Source of the DNA: Gekko japonicus
Lineage: Eukaryota
Reading direction: 5' to 3'
DNA: 64,000 nucleotides
NCBI RefSeq assembly: GCF_001447785.1
Contig: NW_015172007.1
Location: 366,638 to 430,637, forward strand
The position numbers and the translations under genes were made by a program. A model generated the notes under the pieces. That model did no database searches, was not told the DNA's origin, and worked only from the letters and a program-made list of their open reading frames with translations. Each line of letters opens with the position of its first letter. Within the stretch, counting starts at the first letter, position 1. Shown here piece by piece: positions 11,949-22,124 of the stretch.

Positions 11949-12067
11949 GAGAACCGGCAGGAAGACAGCAGGTACCTACATCCCCACCAGCCTCCGAGAA
12001 CAGCAGTGCAGCCCACAGTATTGGCAGCACACAAAGCACCCCCTGTTCCAGTAGCAGCACAGCCTAA
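11949..12067 (+). CDS. TGFBR3: TGFBR3 terminal coding exon, cytoplasmic tail
   Basis: tcctcctttttccccag acceptor. Phase 1 joins the upstream G to give Gly, then EPAGRQQVPTSPPASENSSAAHSIGSTQSTPCSSSSTA and TAA at 12065-12067. This is the betaglycan tail ending in the STA PDZ-binding motif. Confidence 0.98.
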
Positions 12068-13046
12068 CCAAAGGGGTGGGATGCAAGTCCAAGGAGCAGC
12101 ATAGGAGCGCAGAGGTTCAAATGGAGCTGTTTGAGGTCACTTGCTTTGGAAGGACTGGTTTGGATTCTTTGGCAGGGATTTCCTTTGAGGTTTTTTTTTC
12201 CTTTTTCTGGATAAACACAGTCCTTGAACCTCTTGCAGCAAGCTAGACTCACACATGACAAAGCTACTATTTATGCGCAGCCGTGGGTTGTGTAAAAGGG
12301 TCCACTGGCTCTCAATGTGAAACACAAGCCAGTTTTCTTTTTCCATACGTGCTGCTTTGTCTCTGCAGAATCACAACATTGGCTTCCGAAACTGTCGGTG
12401 ACACGAGGTGTCTGTAAAGGGATTTCAGCCTCATAAGCTGGGGGAAAGATTTATTCCCCCCCCCCTTTCCCTTAAATAAAGGGATTCCATCTCATCAGAA
12501 CAGGAAAGTTTGATGGACAGAGCAACTTGCTTTTAAGATCACTGATTGTTCCTCAGCTACATGCTGTCATTTCACAGAAGCTTCTGTTTATTAGTGGTAT
12601 TGGTGTTCGGCTTGACTTGGCGCGCAGCGTTTTGCCTGCTGTCATGTTGCCTGCAGCTTGGGATGTTTTGTTTTCCCCAAGTTTCGCCCTCTGGTAGCAA
12701 GAAGAATTGGGGGGGGGAAACATTCCTGTACAAAACAATGGATTTTAAATTGTTTGATTAGATGTTTCGAGTGACTCGTGTGTGCGCATTAATGCATCTA
12801 GGCATTCCTTGATGCAAGCCTCTTTGGATCCACAATGCCGTATATTATCCTAAGGCAGTTCCCAAATGTTTTGTTAATGGGAGCCAGCACTGCAGTCTTG
12901 TCTTTGTTCAAGAACATAATGGCTAGTTTGTCTTCTAAGCCTTTACACTACAGTGTGCATTACCTGCTACTGGTAGTTTCACAATTGACATATGAGGCAC
13001 CAGTGGCCCCTTTCATCTGTGTGTGCAGTGCTGTCCCCAGGGTTTA

Positions 13047-13471
13047 AGGCCTAACTAGATGATCCTCTGGGAGTTCTGCATCAGGAGTTCCTGGAGTTGT
13101 TTTCCTCCCTCTCTCTTTTTTTAAAAAAGGCTCTTGCCAGGCGAGCAGGCCACTGATTTAGGCCAGGATTGGGGAGGGGGGGAGCCTTTCCCCTGCACCA
13201 TGCTTCCAGTCTAAAACAACCTGGGATGCAGTATGCCCCACTGGGAAAACCTATATGTACTGGTATCAGTAAGCTTTTCCCACAAGGCAAATAGTGTCCT
13301 TCAAACCAATTTTAGCTTGTGAAAAAGGCACATCAGGCCGCTTTAAAAAAAACCCTCCCCTCACACCATGGTCCTGGTCTGAATCTGGTCCCCACATGTC
13401 TGCCAAGAAACATTTTTTAAAATGCTGAGATCTCCTCTTACAGAACTCCCAGAGTACCATCTATCAGGCCT
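13047..13471. mobile_element. PIF/Harbinger-like MITE inside the 3'UTR
   Basis: ~32-bp TIRs aggcctaactagatgatcctctgggagttctg / cagaactcccagagtaccatctatcaggcct, flanked by 3-bp tta/tca. Confidence 0.7.
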
Positions 13472-14563
13472 TCAGTAAACAAGGGATACTCTGCCCACCC
13501 TCCTAACACACATCTGAGTACCATGTGCACGTGTAGAACTCTAAGATGAGGTAATTAAGAAGTTAGCTGTACTACAATGCCATATGTGCATGGTTATCAT
13601 TATATGTATTTGTGGTTGTGTATTATTGGCCAGGTTTGAGCCTTTGGCACATCTGGATATACACAAAAGATGTAGAAATGGTCAAAAATACCAGAAGATT
13701 CAGGAAAGAAAATAGCTGCAAAGGCAGATCTGGGGTTTTGACCATGTACTTTGAACACTGTCAATTGGGGGTGAATGTTGTGTTGAGTCATAGTAATTTA
13801 GAAACACGTTCTTCTTAGTCAGTGCACCAAGCAAGGACTGCTTGTGAAATATGAGCATTTCCAGCACCCAGATGGGTCCACATTTGAGGCTGACCCATAA
13901 CATAGATAAAGATATCCCCATCTTTTTTCATTTGGCAGATGATTTTAATAATTTAGCTTGAATTCCACTCCATACAAATGTGCTACATTATCAACAGCTA
14001 GCTTTTGTTATTTCAAGGACGTAGGTCAAGGCTGCGTTCTCTGTGCTTCCAGAATCTTCCCAAAGCTTTATGAAGATTTTGTTTTTAATGCTCCATAGGA
14101 GAAAGCTATCCAGCGGATTGTTTTTGTGTGACTCATATATAAGAATGAAAGGACTGCTTAAAAGACCCTCTGTGTTTCGCATCAAATTGCTAGTTAGTCA
14201 TCTCAGCATTGCAATTGGATATATCCCAAAGTACTGTTTGGAATACAAAATGGCCACCCAGTACTAATTTTCAGAATAATCATTAGTACCCTTGCCTTCT
14301 CCAAGCCTTACCATATATCCCAAATGAAAACGGGGGTCCTGTTTGAAACAGCAGGTATATTGTGTTGTCACTTTGAGAACCAAAACATAGTTTTCTGATT
14401 CTGCCTTGCTGCAAGCAAAATGAGCAGAGCTTTCCCTTTGCAGGCTAGCAAAGGCTCTGTTCGTATTACCTTCAGTGGAGATTGCTCCCCTTCCCCCCTT
14501 TCTGTAGCAGAATAAGTTTAATTTTGCTAGAGCAACAAAAAGTTTGGTTTGCAGTAGGATTCT

Positions 14564-14579
14564 AATAAAATAAAATAAA
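14564..14579 (+). terminator. Candidate proximal poly(A) signal (three overlapping AATAAA)
   Basis: aataaaataaaataaa about 2.5 kb after the stop codon. The downstream GU-rich element is weak. Confidence 0.4.
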
Positions 14580-15064
14580 GTCCATGTGCCCAATCAAGCT
14601 GAGTAACATCAGTTCAACCAGTGTTCCCCGTTTATATTAATATCAGTGGATAATCAGACTTCAAAATGCATTTAAGATCTGTCAGAGAATATGTGGTTTG
14701 GGCAGGAGAACAGAGTTGTGCCTTTAATTAGGTGCTTAAATATGGTTTGAATGTAGTCCTGTAAACACTTCCACACAAAGCTAACTTTGGGCCCAATTCC
14801 TTAGACTGGCTAGCTCAGCTCTAACTGTGCAAAGGATCCTGGGGAAGCGAAAGCGGAGGCAGGGGAATGTGAATGCGCCACATCATCCCCTTTTGTTCAA
14901 GGGGAGGCAGATTACTACAATCTGAGGCCAATCGCAAAGGCCCTTCTGCTGCTCTTGTAACAAGGCTGCAGATGGATCCAGCCAAGTTTGCTAATCCAGC
15001 AAGCCAGCCCTGTGTGCTCATACACTTTAAACAGTGATTAATTTGCTGCAAGCAGCAAAATCCA

Positions 15065-15325
15065 AAACAAAAGCCAAGTAATACCTTTTATTAGGACAAC
15101 TCCAAATATCACAAGCAGTAGAGTCCAGTAGTACCTTAAAGACAGTGACTCACGAAAGTTCATACCCTGCCACAAATGTTGTTAGTCCTTAAAGTGCTAC
15201 TGGACTCTTGCTCATTTCTACTGCTACAGACAGACTAACAGAGCTACCCATCTTGATCCAAATATCACAAAACAGTGTGCAAATTTTTGAGTTCTGCAGA
15301 ATTTTCTTCCATCAGGTTAGATGCT
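15065..15325 (-). mobile_element. Penelope-like remnant interrupted by a second Penelope-derived element (15115-15256)
   Basis: A 14-bp direct repeat tccaaatatcacaa at 15101-15114 and 15257-15270 flanks the insert. The insert has inverted arms gagtccagtagtacctt / aaagtgctactggactc and a ctcacgaaag motif shared with 52238-52330. Confidence 0.7.
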
Positions 15326-16930
15326 GAGGGGACAGGTAAGGAGGAAGAAAGTGTCAGGTCTCAGTCTTCTTAAGGCCTCATTTGCATCCTGTGAAGAGTG
15401 TCAGGAAGATCTGAAAGGACAGTAGTTGTGGAGCTGGTATCAGATTGGATGGCAGCCTCCAGTTGTAACAATAAAAAAGTCCTGGTGGTTGACCAAATGT
15501 GTCTCTCTAACATCAAACGGAACAAAAGAGTCCCCTTAAAGGCCTGTGAGCAGAGAGAATATGTGCCAGTCATGGTGTTAAAAATACTGGCGATTAATTT
15601 TAGGTGATGCACTTTGTAAAGAGCCAATGGAAGCCTAATTAAGTAATACTACCTAGTGGAGTGGAACCCCCTAAGTTTGTTCTCGAGGCATTTCCCTCCA
15701 ATTGAAGAATCCCTCTCTCTCGTTCACCTAAATTCAGGCATTTCCAAAACAGGACAGAGGTCTCACGTTGCCTCATTGGTTGTTTCATTCAGATAAACAT
15801 TCCCCCTTGTTCACTGCCACAAAACAAATCACTGTTAAAGGCACAGCTGTAGATGCTGGTCCAAAAGTCATCAAAGAGTGTATTTCCCCTTGCTGATTTT
15901 CACTCCACACACACACACCCCGCACTGCATAGTCCACTGCACAGAATTTGTCCTAGCAAAGAGGAAAATGCTCAGATCTGTTTGCATTTGCTAGTGCAAC
16001 AGCCAGCAGAGCTGAGAATCCTGGCAGATTTGGAATGTACCAAAATGTAACTGGGATTTATCGGGGTAGATTATTGCCCTTCTTAAGTGTTTGCAGGACT
16101 GGACTATTGAGTATTGAGAACCAATTTGCTGTTTGTATATTTAAAAGCAATGCGCTTTGCCTAACCTTCAGCTGAATGTATTTTGTAATCATATTCTGTG
16201 TATGAAAATCTTTTTTAAAATGTCTTCAAAGAAGACTAGAGTCTTTAAATCAATCATAGCTATATTTTACTACATTAAATGTGGGCATAAAGATATATAG
16301 AGATATATTTAAATATAAGTGCTTTATATAAGATGTTTAATTTCAGTTACTGTGAATTCTACAGTTTTGTACATTCTTTCTCTTCCCTGTTTTAACCCTT
16401 TCCCCTCAGATTTTTTAAAAAGTAGAGATCTCATAGGAAGTAGTAAAACTTGGTTTGGGAGCAGAAAGATTAACAATGTATGTAAAATAATTAAATGTAT
16501 ATTTTTGAGAGAAAAAGAGAGAGAGAAGCTGCATTCTTAGTATTTCTATCAGTAATTTTCTCTAAAACCTAGATTTATATATAAAGTCTCACCCCCCCCC
16601 CGAAAGTAATACTTAGAAATAGACAAGTGACATTTTCTAGGTTTATATTCAACATTAAATTTTAATTGATTGACCTTGATGCACTTGCTTTAGAATACTT
16701 CAAAATGCTCACTTTATTATATGCTAACTATGTTGTGTTTGTTTTATTAACAGCCTGAATTAATGGACAGTTCTTATTGGTTACCTAGATAGTGGAGCAA
16801 ATGCATGATGCAATTCATGGCCCCCAAAATTACATTATCCTGTAAGTTCAAAAGGACAATGCATTCTTCTTTTTGGCTTAAAACACACACACCCCATCAT
16901 ATCCCTTGATAACAGAGTTGTACATGTACA

Positions 16931-17208
16931 CAGGGCTCTAGTCGGGGGGGAGCTCTCAGGTACGGAGCTCCGGAAGAGAACCTCTAGGGGGCGGGGCGGT
17001 CACGTGGTGAAGCCCCGCCCCCTTCTTTACCCCGCCCTCTGCTTCGATCCTCATTCCGTTTGGGAATGAGGATGAAGCAGGAGGGTTAGTAGCCGGGCCT
17101 TCTGACACACTTCCGGTGATGTCAGGGGGTGTGGCATATGCAAATAAGTTATGCTAATGAGTTATGCTAATGAGCTCCAGCAGCTCTTTTTCTACAACAA
17201 GACCCCTG
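16931..17208 (+). mobile_element. Young non-autonomous hAT element in the inferred 3'UTR
   Basis: CAGGG...CCCTG termini and a perfect 8-bp TSD CATGTACA (16923-16930, 17209-17216). Near-identical inverted copy at 59079-59391. Confidence 0.95.
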
Positions 17209-17869
17209 CATGTACATAAGAATTTCTTGCACACCCATGCACATGATGTCCCATTAACTAGGTGGATTGTCCAAAGCCTCATATGCATGCCACATGTGGA
17301 TTGGATTCCATCACTGAAAATTAATGGGGAGGTCTTCTAGGTGAGAAATTTACACATGTACGTCAAAGCTTCTATGCCCGTAACTGGAGCAAGATAATAA
17401 GACTATAAACCTCAAGCCATTTAATCCTTAGTAAAGCTGTTGATCTTAATAGATCTATAAAGGCTTTGAGGATTGCAGTATTCAAGAACTAAGTATCTAC
17501 TATATGACCCAGCCATGTAGAAGGAGAGGGAATTTCCTTGCAGACAGCTTTGCCACAAAGCTGAACAACGCCTTTTCCCATAGCCACTGAAAGCTGTATT
17601 TCTGCTGCAAGTGTAAGCTCTATATTTTGCTGTCATATTATTTACTGCAAGGGTTTTTAAAGCAAATTATGTGGTGTTGTGTACTTACTATATCACTTGA
17701 TGTTGTATAGCATTTCTTGAGAACCTTATCTTGCCTCACTAACAAAGTGTAAAACCGTAGAAATTTTATACCGGAGTCTGCAAGTCCAGACCTTGAGCAG
17801 TGTTTGTGTGTCCAAATGGAAATTTCTTCTGCTCCTAGTTTGGCATTTCAGAAGGACTGCTAAAAGCTT

Positions 17870-18600
17870 TTTGGAAGGATAGAATGTCTACTGGGTCTTT
17901 TTATGCTTGTTGACATGTTCAGTGAATTCTAAAGATTGGTGAGGCATGACTTCCTTTTGCAGAAGCCGTGCAGATTCTGTCTCATCATCGCTTGAGCTTC
18001 TTCTATTTATCAAGTCCATCTTTAATAATAGTTTTAACAAGTTTACTGTGGACACTCATTAGGATGACAGATCTGTCGTTTCCTGAATTACCCCACCCCA
18101 CCCTGGTTTCCTTTTAAAAAAAAATTGTGTTACATTGGCTGTCTTCCAGTCCTCTGGTAAGGAGGTTTGAAGAAATTGGATGTGTTTATTAACCAATAAG
18201 CGGCTTCACATTTGAGTCCTTTAAGGACTTTCAGGTGACTGTCGTGCAGCCCCAATGGTTTGTTAATTTGTAATTTCTCTCTTAGTTCTAAAATCTCATA
18301 ATTTGTTACCTTTATCAGGCATTGTACTTCAGATGTGCTTCCCAAAAACAGTGGTTAAGATGTGTGTATCACTCCAGCATCTGCCACAGTGGAAAGTGGC
18401 AAATAGAATTCATTTATCCTCTCTGCAACTTTCCTGCCCTCCTATAGCTCTCCTTTCACAGCTTTTTCATCTAAAGATCCTGCTGCCTTTTGACCTGTTT
18501 TACTGTCCCTTGTGTATTTGAATAAATGTTGTTTGCTGTCTTGGTGGATGTAACAGCCAGCCTCTCAAATTCCTTCTTTGCTCCCCTTATCATCCACTTA
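17870..18600 (-). mobile_element. Old degraded CR1 RT fragment, antisense in the inferred 3'UTR
   Basis: Minus strand encodes HGFCKRKSCLTNL and EKLQINKPLGLHDSHLKVLKGLK, homologous to NNLKTDKSPGPDGIHPRVLKELN of the young CR1. Many stops. Confidence 0.8.
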
Positions 18601-19444
18601 ACATTTACACAGTTTACCAACATTGAGGTTGTTGCCTTCACATCAGTGGAACTGCCAAGGTGGGGAATTGCTGGATTAAGGATTCAAAAGGAATTACTTC
18701 TCACTCTTAGACTTGTTTCTGAAACACGTACTTTGCTCGTAATAATCCATATATTATCTCAGCACTAGCTTTTGCCTTTTCAAATATTTTTTGCGTTGGG
18801 CAGCTTTCATTTTATTGTCACAAAAAGTCAGTGTCATGCCAAATGTTGTGTGTAAGCTGTTGTTTGAAAAGTAGATTGTTATGTTTGTTTTCGTTTGTTC
18901 CCTTCATTGTTTATGGCCATTGTGTGCCATGTTCGTATCTATGATATGTATCTACCTCATGCTTCAAAAGGAGACCCTACTGCTGATTGTAAGTGCAGTC
19001 TTGCAAGCACTATTGATGGACATCTGCTGTCCCTTCCAGGAGGACTTCTGTGGTGCTTCCACCCAAGGCCCATTGGAATGGATGGAGGGTGTGCAGCGGT
19101 GGTATTTGTGGGTTTGCACCCTGTGTGAGTAGAGTGCTTTCTGTGAGGCAACTGGTTCTGTTTTGTTTGTCACATTTGGGGTGTTCATCAAGAAACTGAA
19201 TCACTATCTGGTGCCTGCCTGTTTCGAAATACAACACTTTTACATTTTTATTGATAAATAAATAAATTAGCCCAATATCCTAATATTTTACCAAAAACCC
19301 AGTGGGGGAAATATGCCCCTTTAAAATCCCTGTGGCCAGTTTGAACACCCCTTTTGTACATGTTTGTGTATTCTTTGTATAAATGATAAGTTGTACAGTT
19401 TTGATAACCACAAAGTGTCAAGTTATCTTGAGTCCTCTGTGCTT

Positions 19445-19490
19445 AATAAAAGTATATCAATTATTAATAAAATGTGGTGCTTGTTTTCTG
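19445..19490 (+). terminator. Candidate distal TGFBR3 poly(A) site
   Basis: AATAAA at 19445 and 19466, several upstream TGTA elements (19355-19397) and downstream GU-rich tgtggtgcttgttttctg. Confidence 0.65.
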
Positions 19491-19804
19491 AACTGTGAAA
19501 AGCTTTCAAGCACAGCAACATGTTACTCAATGGTAAGTTGTTTTCTAGAGAGGGTTTAGATGTTACGTAATGTGTTCAAATGACAATGAGAAAAGAGGCA
19601 TAAATGCCTTTACTCACACTTTATTGAAACATTCAAAGAAGGGAATGGCATCTCTCTCCACAAGGGACATTAGCCTCTTCCTGCTTTGATCAGCAGCGCT
19701 TAGAATTGGGCTGCAACTGCTCTTCAATGGACACTTCACCACCACTCATGCAACGTGACATTCCCAACATGTTCCTTAATTTTCTAGTATTAGATTGTAT
19801 GTTG

Positions 19805-21060
19805 TAGGGATGGGCACAAACTGGAAAATGAACTGTGGTTCAAGCACAAACCTGGCCAGTTCATGGTTTATTTCAAACTGGTTCGTTTGGTTGCATCATT
19901 CCCAAACCCAAAAATGAACCGTCTTTTTCCGTGGAGGTTTGGGTGGTTCGTTTTTGCGGTTCGTTCTCCAGACAGCCTTGCGCCAATTCAATCAGTTCCT
20001 AGGCAACTAGGTAGACTTGTGGAGAGCCCTAGAAACACCCAAAGCAGTTGTCCATAGCTTGAATGGCAGCTCTGGGAGCCAACCACGGAGCTCCCACTCT
20101 GCTCTATGGGAGCTGATTATATACCAGTATAATACCACACCCTCTGCAGTGTTGGATGGGAGATATAGCAAGACTGCTATGTTAGACTCCTTGTGGTGCT
20201 GGTGTTGTTGAAACAAATGAACATGTTATGTTCTCCTGCTGGTTTGATCAGGAAATACTAAGTTTATTCTCCCTCTGCACAGAAGGCTCCCAGGCTGCTC
20301 TGACTCTGAGCGTTTAAGGAAGCTTCTTTGCAGATTACAGCTTCTTGTGCAAGGTTTTTTGCAGCTGCCTGTAAAATTCACAGATATTCTATGCAGTACA
20401 CCAAATTTGTAACAATATTCATTTTAATCTGTAATTATCTATTTTAAATCATTTTATATAGCCCATCTGTTTATTTATTTATTGGTTTATTATTATTGAT
20501 TAATTTATATTTCTGCCATACTGTGTATTGTAATTTGTGCTGGTCATTGACCACATTAATAAACTGACTCAGCTGCTTTCACTTTGCAGCACGCAGAGAG
20601 AAGAGTTAGTTGTCATGATAGCAGAAGAAGGATTGTTTGCTGTGTGGCCAATTTAGGGGAGGCTTTGAGGACTCCTCACACAGTGGGACACAGTTGTTTC
20701 CTCACACAGTGGGACAGTTTTTTAAACGCCTCTCCCAGCTGGGAAGGTGTTTCTTGCTGTAGTTTCAGGGACCGAACCTGAAGCTAGATCTGAGTGTTCC
20801 TGGGGGCATTTGCTTTGGGGGGCTATAACTTGGACATATCAAATCCAGTCTTCACCAAACTTGAAGGGTGGGTGAAGGAGAGCCTGCTGAAGACTCCCTG
20901 TAAGTTTGGCATCTCTAACTCACAAGGGGGCTGTTCTACTACCTGAGCCAAATGAACCACAAACTGGTTTGGGAAACTGAAAAGTTTGTGTAAATTCATG
21001 GTCTGTGCAATCAAACGAACCAACACGAACCACCATTTTCCCAATTCATGCCCATCCCTA
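19805..21060. mobile_element. Non-autonomous hAT (Ac-like) element
   Basis: TIRs TAGGGATGGGCA / TGCCCATCCCTA, 8-bp TSD gtatgttg/ctatgttg, and subterminal GGTTCG/CGAACC repeats. Confidence 0.88.
20330..20570 (+). mobile_element. RTE-X-like LINE 3' tip nested in the hAT element
   Basis: Encodes ...ARFFAAACKI, like the C-termini of the copies at 24644 and 39513, then an AT-rich UTR ending ctggtcattgacc...aataaac. Confidence 0.5.
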
Positions 21061-22078
21061 CTATGTTGTGATACTTCCATGGTTGCGTATGCAATATGCA
21101 AACCTATTCACAATTACTTGGGCATAAACCGTAATTTCTGTCCCTTTTGAAAATCCAGAGGGATATCAGTGTTCTCCTTTTATCTTTCACATCCCCACTC
21201 TGGTCCCTCTTCCTTGACACATAATAAAAATGCAAATATTTTAATATATGCATTTATTCAAATCATATTTCTAAACTTAAAAAAAAAATCTTTAATTTAG
21301 GAATTAACAATATACTGAAGTATGCTCCTTCCTGTCTTTGCAAAATCAAGTTTAGCCACTTCTTGCTTTGGTTGTTGGTTCATGAACTAATTGTAGATGG
21401 TTTACGAAATCTAAGCTACTAAATTGTTCAGATCTAGCAAAGCTTTAGGACTGACTTATCTTACATTCAGGCTGAGCAAAACTGCACTGCACTCTACATT
21501 CTTGAACCGGTTGCTGTAATTGTCACTAATAATTTTTGAAAACCATAATTATTGTGAAACCAACCAGCATGCAGGCAAAGTAAAGAAGATCACATAAATA
21601 GTCTAAATTATAATAGCTTGTTTTAAATAATATGTTATCCTGTGCAAAATATGAGAATTGGCACTCTTAATCAGATTAAAGAAGTATGCTTAGAACTGTG
21701 GCCCACATAACTTTATCTAGAACTGGGGCCTTGTCTCTTTTGTACCTATATAAAGAATATAAACTAGTTACAGAGGTTTGAGATTTTTTTTTAAATCTCA
21801 GTTATTTCTCTGCAGGTGGGTGTATGTTAGGCATGCTACTTATCACTGGAATCAGTGGAATATCTATTCAGTTAGATGCCAAAAGTTTCAATCTTAAATA
21901 TATTCTTTGACAGTAAAGCCATTTCTATGCATGTTCTTTGCCCTAAAGTCACTGCTTTTGACAAGCAGGGTTCCCCTCCCCCGCTTCCCCAGAGCATAGG
22001 TGTGAATTCATGCACCTCCATGGATTTCCCTGGTTTTCCTTCCCACCTTTCAGATTCAGATTATCTCATACAAATTAT

Positions 22079-22124
22079 NNNNNNNNNNNNNNNNNNNNNN
22101 NNNNNNNNNNNNNNNNNNNNNNNN
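22079..22124. other. Assembly gap
   Basis: Run of N. Confidence 1.

Larger units (their letters stand above)
12068..19470 (+). other. TGFBR3: TGFBR3 3'UTR (long isoform, inferred ~7.4 kb)
   Basis: Follows the stop codon. AU/UG-rich UTR-like blocks at ~16100-16800, 17600-17770, 18780-18960 and 19230-19470, several miRNA seed matches, and a strong poly(A) context at 19445. The extent is inferred, with no transcript data. Confidence 0.6.

Noticed and set aside
11641-12060. 139-aa minus-strand ORF overlapping the TGFBR3 last exon
   Set aside because: Antisense shadow of the real exon, with a non-ATG start and no recognisable domain.
18521-18526. AATAAA in the UTR
   Set aside because: It lies inside the antisense CR1 fragment and has weaker context than 19445. 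It cannot be supported without 3'-end data.
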